A DNA stretch of 64,000 nt from Oscillospiraceae bacterium (GCA_015067705.1 SVLW01000002.1:46955-110954), one strand, 5' to 3'; positions 12,339-22,561 are shown, counted from the first letter of the stretch. Translations and numbers: made by a program. Notes: generated by a model from the sequence alone, not told the origin.

Positions 12339-12815
12339 ATGTCCATTCGTCATTCCGTGAAAGCCATTCTGATCCGCGACGGCCGCATCCTCTTGAATCG
12401 CTGTGTGCGTCGGGATGGCTCGACCTACTTCGATCTGCCCGGCGGCGGGCAGAAGCTTTATGAGTCAAAGGCCGCCACCCTCATTCGGGAAGTGCAGGAG
12501 GAAACCGGATATCTCGTGCGCCCCCTGCGATTTGCAGCGACGGCCGAGGAGATCTATCAGGACCTCGCCATGCGCGAGAAATATCCGGACTATACCCATC
12601 GACTGTTCTCCATCTATCTGGCGGAACTGATCGGCGGGGAACAGCAGGCCCCCGCAGAACCGGATTTCGCCACCCTGGGCAGCGAATGGGTGTCTCTGTC
12701 GGCGCTCCCGGACTTGCCGGCGGTGCTGCCGCTTGGCATCAAAGAGGCACTTCCCCGGATTCTGGCCGGAGAAATCGTCGATTTGGGAACGATTTCTATG
12801 GATTGGAAGGAATAA
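12339..12815 (+). CDS. NUDIX hydrolase
   Basis: 158 aa. Nudix box GGGQKLYESKAATLIREVQEETGY (GX5EX7REUXEEXGU). Confidence 0.85.
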   Translation: MSIRHSVKAILIRDGRILLNRCVRRDGSTYFDLPGGGQKLYESKAATLIREVQEETGYLVRPLRFAATAEEIYQDLAMREKYPDYTHRLFSIYLAELIGGEQQAPAEPDFATLGSEWVSLSALPDLPAVLPLGIKEALPRILAGEIVDLGTISMDWKE

Positions 12816-12825
12816 GGAATTCCCT

Positions 12826-12859
12826 AAAAAGCACGCGGTGGTCATGCCGCGTGCTTTTT
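12826..12859 (+). terminator. Rho-independent terminator
   Basis: GCACGCGG / CCGCGTGC stem followed by TTTTT. Confidence 0.8.
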
Positions 12860-12934
12860 AAGCAATTCTTAAACGTTCTCCATCTTCCTTCTTAATCCAT
12901 TCTGCGCTATACTACATACGGAGGGAAGAAAACC

Positions 12935-13627
12935 ATGTATACGATTCTCATTTGTGATGATGAAAAGGATATCCGGAACGCTCTCCGGATTTATTTGACT
13001 GCGGAACGCTATCGCGTGCTGGAGGCGGAGAACGGCGAGGAGGCTCTGGCGCTTCTGGAGACAGAGCCGGTGCATCTGGTACTCATGGATATCATGATGC
13101 CGTTGTTGGATGGCATGACCGCCACGGAGCGTCTGCGGGAGCAGTATAATATCCCGGTGATCCTCCTCACTGCCAAGAGCGAGGACACGGACAAGATTCT
13201 GGGCCTCACCGTGGGCGCGGATGATTATGTGACAAAGCCCTTTAATCCCATGGAGCTTCTGGCCCGGGTGCGGGCACAGCTGCGGCGCTATACCATGCTG
13301 GGGGGACTGCCGAAACATGATGACGTGCTCCGCGCCGGGGGCATCGAACTGGACGACCGAGCCAAGACCGTCGCGCTGGACGGCGAACCCGTCACCCTGA
13401 CGCCCACGGAGTACGAGATTCTGAAGCTGCTGCTCCAGAATCCCAACCGGGTCTATTCCTCCGCCGAGATTTACCGGGCGGTGTGGGGCGCGGATCCGCT
13501 TGGCTCCGATGGCACCATCGCCGTCCATATCCGCCATTTGCGGGAAAAACTGGAGATCAATCCGTCCGAGCCCCGGTATCTCAAAGTGGTCTGGGGACAG
13601 GGCTATAAACTGGAGGTGCAGCCATGA
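12935..13627 (+). CDS. OmpR-family response regulator
   Basis: 230 aa. Receiver domain (ILICDDEKDI..., LVLMDIMMP) plus a winged-helix C-terminus (LTPTEYEILKLL..., VWGQGYKL). Confidence 0.92.
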   Translation: MYTILICDDEKDIRNALRIYLTAERYRVLEAENGEEALALLETEPVHLVLMDIMMPLLDGMTATERLREQYNIPVILLTAKSEDTDKILGLTVGADDYVTKPFNPMELLARVRAQLRRYTMLGGLPKHDDVLRAGGIELDDRAKTVALDGEPVTLTPTEYEILKLLLQNPNRVYSSAEIYRAVWGADPLGSDGTIAVHIRHLREKLEINPSEPRYLKVVWGQGYKLEVQP

Positions 13628-15633
13628 AAACGAAATGGAACCACACCGTCTGGGCCAGATTCCTGGCATTCATCCTGGCGATCATGGTGACCGTGGGCCT
13701 GTTCGCCTGTGCGCTGGTGGTGATCTGGGGAATCAACGAAAACTGGTATCTGGAAGAGCCGGATTTCTATGAAAGCTGGCTCTGCCGGGAGGCGGTATAC
13801 GAGGACATCAATCGGGTCATCAATCATTTCGACAGCGACGCCATGGACAGTTGTTACACGCGCTATGCGGACAGCAATTTCCGCTTTACCATCCGGGAAT
13901 TGGATCCCGAAAACGGTCGGCCAAAAGCTACCTTGTGCGCGGATTCTCTCGGAAATATGGAGGCCGTCCATGTGCTGGACTATTATTTCGATATCTATGG
14001 CTATGACGAAGCGGAGGATCGGCAGACCCTTACGGCCTATGAACTGAGCGTCTATCTCCGCGATCCCATTCATACCGGAGATAAATACTACTCTTTCCGG
14101 GTGCTCTTCGCCCAGCTCACGCATTTCCGGATGCAGGCCGTCATTGGCTGCGGCGTATTTCTGGTGCTGCTGGTGGCGCTTTATGTGTTCCTGCTCTGCT
14201 CCGCCGGACACAAAAACGGCGTGGAAGGCCCGGTCTTACTCTGGCAGGATAAGATCCCGCTGGATCTTTATCTGGCGGCCGTGATTGGCGTCGGTGTCCT
14301 GATTGCGGCGGTGATGTTCCAGTTTGTGGGCTATAATCCCTTCGCCACGGTGGCGCTGCTCCTTGGTGCCGTCCTCCTCTACATGATCCTCTTCCTGGCG
14401 CTCTCCATGACCATGGCGGCGCGGTTCAAGGTGGGGAAGTGGTGGCGCAGCGCGCTGACCTGGCGGATCTCCTGTTGGGCGCTGCGCGTGATCCGGAAGT
14501 GTGTGGTTCTGCTGCGGGATCTTCTGCGGAAGATGGTGCAGGGGGTTTCCCTTGCCTGGCGCTGGGCGCTGGGGTATTTGCTTTTCTGCGTGGTTGGCGC
14601 AAGTTTGGCAGTGTTTGGGGTTGCAGACGGCAGCGGCTTTGCCGCATTCCTGCTCCTCTGCCTGGGCACGCTGGGCCTTGCGGTCATCTGCATTACGGCC
14701 TTGCAGATGAAGACCCTGAAAACCGGCGGCGAGGCTCTTGCCCGGGGGATTCTCGATCATAAGGTGAACACCACGAACCTCTACGGCGATTTCCGTCGGC
14801 ATGGCGAGAACTTAAACCGCATCAACGAGGGCATCTCAAACGCCGTGGAGGAGCGCATCAAGAGCGAGCGCTTCAAAACAGAGCTCATCACCAATGTCAG
14901 CCACGACATCAAGACACCCCTGACCTCCATCATCAACTACATCGACCTCCTGAAAAAGGAGCCCCAGGACAGCGAGACCGTCCGCGGCTATATCGATGTG
15001 CTGGATCGCCAGTCCCAAAAGCTCAAGAAGCTCACCGAGGACGTGGTGGAGGCCTCCAAGGCCGCCGCAGGCGTCATCCCGGTGAATCTGGCCCCCACCG
15101 ACGCGGCGGAACTGATGCACCAGTGCGTAGGCGAATTTGCCGAGCGCCTGGAAAAGAGCCGCATCACGCCGCTGGTCAGCGCGCCTCAGACCGGCGTGCA
15201 GATCCTGGCGGACGGCCGTCTGCTCTGGCGCGTGTTTGATAATCTCCTGCAGAACGTGTGCAAGTACGCCCTGCCCGGCACACGCGTCTATCTGGATGCG
15301 GCGGTGTCCGGCGCGGATGCCGTGATCACGCTGAAAAACATCTCCGCCAATCCGCTGAATATTTCCTCTGAAGAGCTTATGGAGCGCTTTGTCCGGGGCG
15401 ATGCCTCCCGGAGCAGCGAGGGCAGCGGCCTGGGCCTCTCCATCGCCCGCAGCCTTACGGAGCTGCAGGGCGGCGCCTTCGACATCGGGCTGGACGGCGA
15501 CCTTTTCAAAGTGATCCTCCGCTTCCCCATCCATGGCGACCGCGTCCATCTCCCGCCGGAGAACGGCCGTCAGGAAGTGATGGCGATTTTCGCAAGACAG
15601 AAAGAAAAGGCACAGGAGAAAACGGAAAAATAA
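13624..15633 (+). CDS. Membrane sensor histidine kinase (partner of the 12935 regulator; 4-nt overlap)
   Basis: 669 aa with multiple TM segments. H-box ITNVSHDIKTPLTSI and ATPase motifs (LLQNVCKYA, GSGLGLSIA). Confidence 0.9.
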   Translation: MKTKWNHTVWARFLAFILAIMVTVGLFACALVVIWGINENWYLEEPDFYESWLCREAVYEDINRVINHFDSDAMDSCYTRYADSNFRFTIRELDPENGRPKATLCADSLGNMEAVHVLDYYFDIYGYDEAEDRQTLTAYELSVYLRDPIHTGDKYYSFRVLFAQLTHFRMQAVIGCGVFLVLLVALYVFLLCSAGHKNGVEGPVLLWQDKIPLDLYLAAVIGVGVLIAAVMFQFVGYNPFATVALLLGAVLLYMILFLALSMTMAARFKVGKWWRSALTWRISCWALRVIRKCVVLLRDLLRKMVQGVSLAWRWALGYLLFCVVGASLAVFGVADGSGFAAFLLLCLGTLGLAVICITALQMKTLKTGGEALARGILDHKVNTTNLYGDFRRHGENLNRINEGISNAVEERIKSERFKTELITNVSHDIKTPLTSIINYIDLLKKEPQDSETVRGYIDVLDRQSQKLKKLTEDVVEASKAAAGVIPVNLAPTDAAELMHQCVGEFAERLEKSRITPLVSAPQTGVQILADGRLLWRVFDNLLQNVCKYALPGTRVYLDAAVSGADAVITLKNISANPLNISSEELMERFVRGDASRSSEGSGLGLSIARSLTELQGGAFDIGLDGDLFKVILRFPIHGDRVHLPPENGRQEVMAIFARQKEKAQEKTEK

Positions 15634-15635
15634 TG

Positions 15636-15673
15636 AAAAAGACCTGTATCCCCCGGGATACAGGTCTTTTTTT
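15636..15673. terminator. Bidirectional terminator between the HK and spoVB-like genes
   Basis: 12-bp stem GACCTGTATCCC / GGGATACAGGTC flanked by AAAAA and TTTTTTT. Confidence 0.9.
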
Positions 15674-17183
15674 ATGCGCGCTGCCGTGCCTTCCGGTGTA
15701 TGGTCGTGGGCGTCAGAAGCAGCAGGAAGCCGATATACAAGAGCACCAGCAGCACCATCTCCGTCACCACCACGCGCACCTCCGTCTGCATCACCGGATG
15801 CCGCAGACAGAGCGCCCGGGTGAGAAGCGCCGCGGCCGCGGCGGCCAGAACCGGCTTCCCCAGCCATTCTCCCGCCTCCATCCGCACGCCGGACAGCCGC
15901 ATCATCCGATGCACGCTGAGCACAGGATTCAAAATATTGCTCACATACATCACCGTCATAAAGCCCGTAAAGCCCCACGCCGGGATCAGCCGCCATACTA
16001 AGATTACCCGGATCACCGAGTCCACGATGTTGCAGCGCAGCACCCAGTTCTGCTGCCCCAGGCCCTTCAGGATCCCGTCCGCCACCGCGTCAAAATACAT
16101 CAGCGGCACCAGCGGCGCCAGAATCAGGAGGATCATCCCCACCTGATCGTTTTCGTACACCAGCGCCGCGATGGGATGGGCAAAGACGAAGAAGATCCCC
16201 ATGGCGGGGAAGGACAGCAGCAGCGTATAGCGGATCACCCGGCGGATCAGCCCCCGGATATAGCCGTCCTGCCCCGCTGCCTGCGCCTCCGACACCTCCG
16301 GCATCAAAAGGGAAGTTACCGCCGAGAGAAAGGCAAAGGGCAGAAAAATCACCGGGATCGCCATGCCCCGCACCATGCCGTACTGCGACAGGGCATCCGC
16401 CGCGGAAAGCCCGCTTTTTTCAAGTCCCGCGGGCACCATGACATTCTCCATGGTGCGAAGCCCTGAGGCCAGAATGGAACTGCCCGCCACGGGCAGCGCC
16501 ACCGCCATGAGCCGCCGGAAGAACCCGCTGCGGGAGGGCTTTCCCCGCCGCTCCCGGTGCTGCAGATATGCATACGCCAGATACGCGCAGGACAAAAGCT
16601 CAGAAAGTGTCACGCCCGCGGCGATCATGGCGCAGGCCGTCTCCGTATCCGCATCTGGCATCCGCCGGATCAAAAGCAGGAAGGCCCCCACCTCCACCGC
16701 CTGTTCCATGGCGTCCGAAATGGCGATCTGCACCGGCCGCCGCACCGCAAGGAGCTGCCCCTTGAAGCACGCCGCCCACGCCATCAGGGGCAGCGCCGGG
16801 GACAGCACCCGCAAAGACCGCACCGTGCGGGGATCCCCCAGAAGCTCTGTGCCAATGGGCTCCGACAGATAGAGCACCAGCGCCATCACCGCCGCACTCA
16901 CCGCTGTGGCGTAAAAGAGCGCACAGCGCATGATGCCACCCTCGCTGCCCTGCCGCCCACGTCCCTGCTCTTCCGTCAGCACTCTGGTCACCGCCACGCT
17001 GATCCCCGCGGTGGCCGCCGTGACGCCGAAGGCAAAGGCAGAGTAGGTGAGCTGGTAGAGTCCCATGCCCTCCGCGCCGATCCCCGTGGCCACATACATG
17101 GAAAATAAGATCCCGGAAACCCGCATGGCCAGGGAAAAGCCCGTCAGGATCAGGGAGTTTTTCACGATACTTCGTTTCTTCAT
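15672..17183 (-). CDS. spoVB: MOP-superfamily polysaccharide/lipid II flippase, SpoVB-like
   Basis: About 503 aa, polytopic. The N-terminus MKKRSIVKNSLILTGFSLAMRVSGILFSMYVATGIGAEGMGLYQL is typical of stage V sporulation protein B. Start taken at MKKRS (17183), not the upstream ATG at 17210. Confidence 0.78.
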   Translation of the reverse strand: MKKRSIVKNSLILTGFSLAMRVSGILFSMYVATGIGAEGMGLYQLTYSAFAFGVTAATAGISVAVTRVLTEEQGRGRQGSEGGIMRCALFYATAVSAAVMALVLYLSEPIGTELLGDPRTVRSLRVLSPALPLMAWAACFKGQLLAVRRPVQIAISDAMEQAVEVGAFLLLIRRMPDADTETACAMIAAGVTLSELLSCAYLAYAYLQHRERRGKPSRSGFFRRLMAVALPVAGSSILASGLRTMENVMVPAGLEKSGLSAADALSQYGMVRGMAIPVIFLPFAFLSAVTSLLMPEVSEAQAAGQDGYIRGLIRRVIRYTLLLSFPAMGIFFVFAHPIAALVYENDQVGMILLILAPLVPLMYFDAVADGILKGLGQQNWVLRCNIVDSVIRVILVWRLIPAWGFTGFMTVMYVSNILNPVLSVHRMMRLSGVRMEAGEWLGKPVLAAAAAALLTRALCLRHPVMQTEVRVVVTEMVLLVLLYIGFLLLLTPTTIHRKARQRA

Positions 17184-17276
17184 AGGCCGCCCCTCTCGTT
17201 TCCATGCCACAGCCTATGCGCTTCGCCCCGCGCCTATGCGGAATTTTTGGGATACCGGGCAGATTCCTGCCATTCA

Positions 17277-17305
17277 TTGACAGTCCATCCGGGAACTAGT
17301 ATAAT
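17277..17305 (+). promoter_or_regulatory. Consensus sigma-A promoter
   Basis: TTGACA (17277-17282), 17-nt spacer, TATAAT (17300-17305). Confidence 0.8.
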
Positions 17306-17333
17306 AAAGAAAAAACGTAAGGGGGAACCTTTT

Positions 17334-18317
17334 ATGAATAAATCCATCCGTTTCGGCATCATGGGCGCGGGCAGCATCGCCCATAAATTCGCCTCCGCCA
17401 TTCCGCGTGCTGAGGGGGCAGAGCTGGTCGCCTGTGCCTCCCGCACCCCCGGCAAGGCCGAGGCCTTTGCCAAAGAATTCGGCATCGCGGCCGCCTATGA
17501 CAATTACGATGCCCTTCTTGCCGACCCCAATGTAGACTGCGTCTATATCGCCACCACCCCCAACTTCCACGAGGAATGCATCGAGCTGTGCCTTGCCGCA
17601 GGTAAGCACATCCTCTGTGAAAAGCCCCTGCTCTCCACCTCCCGGCGCGTCCGCCGCCTCATCGAAAAGCTGGAAGCTTCCGACCGCTTCCTGATGGAGG
17701 CCATGTGGAGCCGCTTCCTGCCTGCCATCCGCAAAGCCCGTGAGATCGTTCGTTCTGGCGAGCTGGGCAAGCTTCTGCATCTGGAGAGCCACTTCTGCTA
17801 CAATAACCCGCCCACCATGGAACGCCTCTACAGCCGCCGCCTGGAGGGCAGCGTCACCACGGACATGGGCATCTATAACTACGATATCACCACCTTCCTG
17901 GTGGGCGCCGCCCCGGACCAGATTGTTACTACGAAGGGCGTGCTCCACGGCGAGACGGATATCGAGGGCAATGTGCTCCTGCACTTCCCCGGTGATATCA
18001 TCGCCTACCTCTGCTGCAGCTATCGCTTCCGCGCCGACAATACCTGCGTACTCTATTTTGAAAACGGCACTGTCACGCTGCCGGACTGCTTCATGGTGCC
18101 CCAGCAGGTGATCGTGAAAACCGTGGCCGGGGAGGAAACTGTCTATGAGTTCCCCACAGAGAACGGCTTTGAGTACGAGATCATGGAGGCCGTGCGCTGC
18201 ATCCGCGAAGGAAAACAGCAGAGCGACGAGCATCCCTGGGCCGCCATGCTGGAATCCGCGGAATATTATGACGAGGTCTTCTCCGTCTGGGGCAATCCCT
18301 GGCCGGAGCGGGACTGA
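17334..18317 (+). CDS. Gfo/Idh/MocA family oxidoreductase
   Basis: IRFGIMGAGSIAHKF Rossmann N-terminus and EKPL motif (ILCEKPL). ATG 17334 follows GGGGGAAC. Confidence 0.85.
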   Translation: MNKSIRFGIMGAGSIAHKFASAIPRAEGAELVACASRTPGKAEAFAKEFGIAAAYDNYDALLADPNVDCVYIATTPNFHEECIELCLAAGKHILCEKPLLSTSRRVRRLIEKLEASDRFLMEAMWSRFLPAIRKAREIVRSGELGKLLHLESHFCYNNPPTMERLYSRRLEGSVTTDMGIYNYDITTFLVGAAPDQIVTTKGVLHGETDIEGNVLLHFPGDIIAYLCCSYRFRADNTCVLYFENGTVTLPDCFMVPQQVIVKTVAGEETVYEFPTENGFEYEIMEAVRCIREGKQQSDEHPWAAMLESAEYYDEVFSVWGNPWPERD

Positions 18318-18350
18318 GTTCCTCTAAAATTGTAAAAATAGGAGTATCCT

Positions 18351-19472
18351 ATGCCTGTTAAAGTGTTATCCGTGTTCGGCACCCGGCCGGACGCCATCAA
18401 AATGTGCCCGCTGGTACTGGAACTTTCGAAAGATCCCCGCTTCCAGAGCATTGTCTGCGTCAGCGCCCAGCATCGGGAAATGCTGGATACCGTGCTGGAC
18501 ATTTTCCACGTGAAGCCCGACTATGACTTAAACGTCATGAAGCCCAGCCAGACCCTTTTTGAGATCACAAACGCCGTTCTCTCCGGCCTTTCCGAGGTGC
18601 TGGACGATTGCCGGCCCGATATCGTGCTGGTGCATGGCGACACCTCCACGGCCTTTGTCTCCGCCCTGGCGGCGTTTTATAAGCAGATCCCCGTGGGCCA
18701 TGTGGAGGCGGGCCTTCGCACCGGGAATATCTACGCGCCTTTCCCCGAGGAGGCCAATCGCACCCTCATCGGCCGTCTGGCCGAACTGAATTTCGCCCCC
18801 ACCACGCAGAACCGTCAGAATCTTCTGGACGAAAAGTGCCCCGGCGAGATCTTCGTCACCGGCAACACCGTCATTGACGCCATGCGCTATACCACCACGG
18901 AACAGCACACCTACACGGATCCCGCCCTGCGGGAGGTGGCGGCAAAGGAGGGCGTCATGCCCGTCTTTATGACCGCCCATCGCCGGGAAAATCTGGGCAA
19001 GCCGCTGGAGGATATCTGCCGTGCCGCCCGGGCCTTTGTGGACGCCGTGCCGGAGGCAGAGCTGGTGTACGCGGTGCATCTGAATCCCGCGGTGCGCAGT
19101 ACCGTCTATCCCATCCTGTCCGGCCATCCCCGTATCCATCTGACGGATCCGGTGGATCTTCTGGACGCCCATAACTTCATGGCCCGCTGCCGCTTTGTGC
19201 TGACGGATTCCGGCGGCATTCAGGAGGAGGCCACCGCTCTCGGCGTGCCGACTCTGGTGCTGCGCCGGGAGACCGAACGGGGCGAGGGCGTGGAGACCGG
19301 CATTCTGAAGCTGGTCGGCGTTGACTACGACGAGATCCTTGCAAGCTGTGTGGAGCTCTGCCGGGATGACGCCGTGCACCAGCGCATGAGCCACGCGGAA
19401 AATCCCTATGGCGACGGCCACGCCTGCGAACGCATTGCCGACGCCATGGCGGCCTATTTTGAAAAGAAATAA
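18351..19472 (+). CDS. wecB: UDP-N-acetylglucosamine 2-epimerase (non-hydrolysing)
   Basis: 373 aa. KVLSVFGTRPDAIKMCP, VLVHGDTSTAF, HVEAGLRT and LTDSGGIQEEA motifs. Confidence 0.92.
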   Translation: MPVKVLSVFGTRPDAIKMCPLVLELSKDPRFQSIVCVSAQHREMLDTVLDIFHVKPDYDLNVMKPSQTLFEITNAVLSGLSEVLDDCRPDIVLVHGDTSTAFVSALAAFYKQIPVGHVEAGLRTGNIYAPFPEEANRTLIGRLAELNFAPTTQNRQNLLDEKCPGEIFVTGNTVIDAMRYTTTEQHTYTDPALREVAAKEGVMPVFMTAHRRENLGKPLEDICRAARAFVDAVPEAELVYAVHLNPAVRSTVYPILSGHPRIHLTDPVDLLDAHNFMARCRFVLTDSGGIQEEATALGVPTLVLRRETERGEGVETGILKLVGVDYDEILASCVELCRDDAVHQRMSHAENPYGDGHACERIADAMAAYFEKK

Positions 19473-19475
19473 TAG

Positions 19476-19510
19476 AAAGCCGTGCATCCCATTCCGGATG
19501 CACGGCTTTG
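19476..19510. terminator. Bidirectional terminator
   Basis: AGCCGTGCATCC / GGATGCACGGCT 12-bp stem between convergent genes. Confidence 0.8.
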
Positions 19511-19513
19511 CCG

Positions 19514-20080
19514 TCAGTCTATGATCTCTGCCTTGTAATACACGCCGCCGATCTCCACGGCGATCTCGTCATATTCGTTGTCGTCCTGGAGGCGGAACAC
19601 CCGGGTGCCCTCGTCAAGGCCCATGGCTTCGCCCTCCTTGGCAGGTGTGTCCGTGACGATGTTCATGATGCTGAAAAGCTCGATGCCCACTTCGTCCTCC
19701 TGCAGCACATCATCCGTCACCTCGTAGTGATTGCCGTTATAGACAAAGCGGCGCTCCCGCGGGGTATCCCCGGCATTATCTGCGGGCTGGTCCGTGACGG
19801 GATCCTGCCCCGGCAGGGTGGAGTCGATGCTCTCGTCCGGCTTGTCCGTGTCATCCGGCATCAGGTCGGGCTTTTCCATGGGATCCTCGTTCTCCGGTAC
19901 GGTGTCGTCCTTCCCGGGCAGCACATCCGGCATCTCGTCGTCGGTGCTGGCGTCGTTCCCGGCATTACCGGCGCTGTTCTGGTCGTTGGGTTGGTTGTTG
20001 TTCTGGCTTCCGGTGGTGCTGTTGCAGGCGGTCAGAGACAGCGTCAGAAGACACGCCAGCAGGATGGATACTAATTTCAT
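19514..20080 (-). CDS. Lipoprotein of unknown function with an acidic, Pro/Asp-rich linker
   Basis: MKLVSILLACLLTLSLTAC lipobox followed by a low-complexity N/Q/D/P region. The C-terminal globular part contains no motif I recognise. Confidence 0.7.
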   Translation of the reverse strand: MKLVSILLACLLTLSLTACNSTTGSQNNNQPNDQNSAGNAGNDASTDDEMPDVLPGKDDTVPENEDPMEKPDLMPDDTDKPDESIDSTLPGQDPVTDQPADNAGDTPRERRFVYNGNHYEVTDDVLQEDEVGIELFSIMNIVTDTPAKEGEAMGLDEGTRVFRLQDDNEYDEIAVEIGGVYYKAEIID

Positions 20081-20201
20081 TGCAGATTCGCTCCTTATCA
20101 GTGGTTTTCGCGCTTAGTATGCCCTGCAGGATTTGGCGACTATACCGCCAAATTTCACCAAAACTGCCGCAATCATGCAAGTTTATTCGGAAAATCCGTC
20201 A

Positions 20202-20230
20202 TTGCATGATCGTGCGGGGAATGCTATACT
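20202..20230 (+). promoter_or_regulatory. Sigma-A type promoter for the ECF S-component gene
   Basis: TTGCAT (20202-20207), 17-nt spacer, TATACT (20225-20230). Confidence 0.65.
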
Positions 20231-20268
20231 ATAGGACAGATTGTGAAACAGAGAAAGGACAAACTTGT

Positions 20269-20784
20269 ATGAAATCTCAGCATTTGCGAAAACTGGTACT
20301 GGCTGCATTTTTTGCCGCCATTATTTTCCTGGGCATCTATCTGATCAAGATCCCCATCCCCAACGGATATATCCACTTCGGTGATGGCTTTGTCTATGTG
20401 GCGGCGGCGCTCCTGCCTCTGCCCTTTGCCATGGCTGCTGCCGCTATCGGCGGACTTCTGGCCGATATTCTGGCGGGCTATGCTGTCTATGCACCTTTCA
20501 CCGCTGTCGTCAAGCTTCTGATGGCCGTGGTGGTGAGCGTTCTGGTACACCGGAATTACACGAAAACCGGTGCGCTGGCGAATATCCCGCGCCTGGCCAT
20601 TGCCGCAATCCTGGGCGGCGTGGTGAATACCGCCGGTTATTTCATCACCGACTGCATCCTCTATGACATGGCCGGTGCTGTGGCCGCCGCGCCCATGAAC
20701 GCGGTGCAGTCCGTGTTCGGCATCGCGGTGTTCTTTGTATTCCTGCCCATTCTGGCAAAGGCGCTCTCCCTGCTCTCCAAATAA
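20269..20784 (+). CDS. ECF-transporter S-component-like membrane protein (substrate unknown)
   Basis: 171 aa from ATG 20269 (MKSQHLRKLVLAAFFAAIIFLGIYL...). About 5-6 TM helices with a small hydrophobic S-component-like architecture. No ecfA/ecfT nearby. Confidence 0.6.
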   Translation: MKSQHLRKLVLAAFFAAIIFLGIYLIKIPIPNGYIHFGDGFVYVAAALLPLPFAMAAAAIGGLLADILAGYAVYAPFTAVVKLLMAVVVSVLVHRNYTKTGALANIPRLAIAAILGGVVNTAGYFITDCILYDMAGAVAAAPMNAVQSVFGIAVFFVFLPILAKALSLLSK

Positions 20785-20805
20785 GGACGATCGGAACGGA
20801 AAAAT

Positions 20806-21870
20806 ATGCTTGAAAAACTGGCCGGGATTGAAACCCGGTATCTCATGATGGAAGAAAAGCTTGCAAGCCCGGATCTTTACAGTGATCCCGCCGCGGCCGC
20901 CAAGCTTTTGAAAGAACAGAAGGAACTGACCCCTATTGTGGAGGCCTATCGCGCCTATCGCCGCGCCCAGACCGCCGCCGAGGACAGCCGGGAGCTCATG
21001 AGCGACCCGGAGATGCGGGAGCTTGCGGAGCTGGAATATGACGAGGCACAGGAGGAAATGGCCCGCCGGGAGGCGGAACTGAAGCTCCTGCTGCTGCCGA
21101 AAGACCCCAATGACGAGCGCAACGTGGTGATGGAGATCCGCGGCGGCGTCGGCGGCGAGGAGGCCGCCCTCTTCGCCGGCAGTCTCTATCGGATGTACAG
21201 CATGTACGCCGACCGCCAGGGCTGGCGCATCGAGGTCATCAGCCGCAACGAGACCGAGATCGGCGGTATCAAGGAGATCAACCTCCTGATCAACGGCCAG
21301 GGCGCCTATTCCCGCCTGAAATTCGAGTCCGGCGTCCATCGCGTCCAGCGCGTGCCGGAGACGGAATCCGGCGGACGCATCCACACCTCCGCCGCCTCCG
21401 TGGCAGTACTGCCGGAAGCAGACGAAGTGGAAGTGGAGATCGACCCCAAGGATCTCCAGATCGACACCTATCGCTCCTCCGGCGCCGGCGGCCAGCACGT
21501 CAATAAGACCGAGTCCGCCATTCGCATCACCCACATTCCCACGGGTCTCGTGGTGGAGTGCCAGGATGAGCGCAGCCAGTACGCCAACCGCGACCGCGCC
21601 ATGAAGGTGCTGCGCACCAAGCTCTATGAGGCCGAGCTGGCCCGCCAGAACTCCCAGATCGCCGCCGAGCGCCGCAGTCAGGTGGGCTCCGGCGACCGCA
21701 GCGAGCGTATCCGCACCTATAACTTCCCCCAGGGCCGCGTCAGCGACCATCGCATCGGCCTTACCCTGCACCGCATCGAGGCCATCATGAACGGCGACCT
21801 GGACGAACTCATCGACGCCCTCATCACCGCCGACCAGGCCGAACGCCTCCGCGCCTCAGAAGATGCATAA
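20806..21870 (+). CDS. prfA: Peptide chain release factor 1
   Basis: 354 aa. GGQ motif ([24 protein letters not shown]) and an RF1-type tripeptide region ([16 protein letters not shown]). Confidence 0.95.
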   Translation: MLEKLAGIETRYLMMEEKLASPDLYSDPAAAAKLLKEQKELTPIVEAYRAYRRAQTAAEDSRELMSDPEMRELAELEYDEAQEEMARREAELKLLLLPKDPNDERNVVMEIRGGVGGEEAALFAGSLYRMYSMYADRQGWRIEVISRNETEIGGIKEINLLINGQGAYSRLKFESGVHRVQRVPETESGGRIHTSAASVAVLPEADEVEVEIDPKDLQIDTYRSSGAGGQHVNKTESAIRITHIPTGLVVECQDERSQYANRDRAMKVLRTKLYEAELARQNSQIAAERRSQVGSGDRSERIRTYNFPQGRVSDHRIGLTLHRIEAIMNGDLDELIDALITADQAERLRASEDA

Positions 21871-21889
21871 CAATCGTGTATAAATTCCG

Positions 21890-21934
21890 CCCTCCCGGTC
21901 CAGAATGGAAGAAACGACCGGGAGGGATTATTTT
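21890..21934 (+). terminator. prfA terminator hairpin whose 3' arm contains the spoIIR Shine-Dalgarno
   Basis: 11-bp stem CCCTCCCGGTC (21890-21900) / GACCGGGAGGG (21916-21926), then ATTATTTT. ATG at 21935. Confidence 0.6.
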
Positions 21935-22561
21935 ATGCGGAAGCAGGCAGAGACCAGGAAGAATACGCTGACGCGCCTGGAGGCGGCGCTGCTCACGGGC
22001 TTTGCGGCGGCGCTCTTGTGGTGCGCCGTGAGTGCGGGGATGCAGGAACGGGTGGCGGAGCAGGTGCTGCGGCTTCACGTGATCGCCCATTCCGATTCTG
22101 CGGCGGATCAGGCCCTGAAGCTCGCGGTGCGCGACCGGGTACTTCTGGAAACCGAACGCCTGACAGCGGATGCCGACGGACTGAGTGCCGCCCGGGCCGC
22201 GGTGGCGGCGCATCTTACTACCCTGGAGCGGGCCGCGGCGGAAACCGTGGCGGCGGCGGGATATGCCTATCCCGTTCGTGTGACGCTGGGGGATACCCGG
22301 TTTCCCACTCGCCGGTACGGCGGCTTTGCCCTGCCCGCCGGCACCTATGACGCCCTGCGGGTGGTGATCGGAGAAGGGGAGGGGCAGAACTGGTGGTGCG
22401 TGCTGTTCCCGCCCTTCTGCACCTCCGCCGCCTTTGCGGAGACCGCCGAGGCGGCGGGCCTCAGTTCCGCGGAGATCCGTTTCCTCACCGGCAGCGGCTA
22501 TGAACTGCGCTTCCGGGTGATGGAATGGCTGGAGCTCCTGCGGCAGCGGCTTGGTATCTGA
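21935..22561 (+). CDS. spoIIR: Stage II sporulation protein R
   Basis: N-terminal TM segment, then LRLHVIAHSDSAADQALKLAVRDRVL, the SpoIIR signature. ATG 21935 is preferred because its SD is GGGAGGG. Confidence 0.85.
   Translation: MRKQAETRKNTLTRLEAALLTGFAAALLWCAVSAGMQERVAEQVLRLHVIAHSDSAADQALKLAVRDRVLLETERLTADADGLSAARAAVAAHLTTLERAAAETVAAAGYAYPVRVTLGDTRFPTRRYGGFALPAGTYDALRVVIGEGEGQNWWCVLFPPFCTSAAFAETAEAAGLSSAEIRFLTGSGYELRFRVMEWLELLRQRLGI

Noticed and set aside
20081-20268. Riboswitch upstream of the ECF S-component gene
   Set aside because: The promoter (TTGCAT-17-TATACT) leaves only about 30 nt of leader. I could not recognise preQ1, THI-box, FMN or cobalamin consensus elements.
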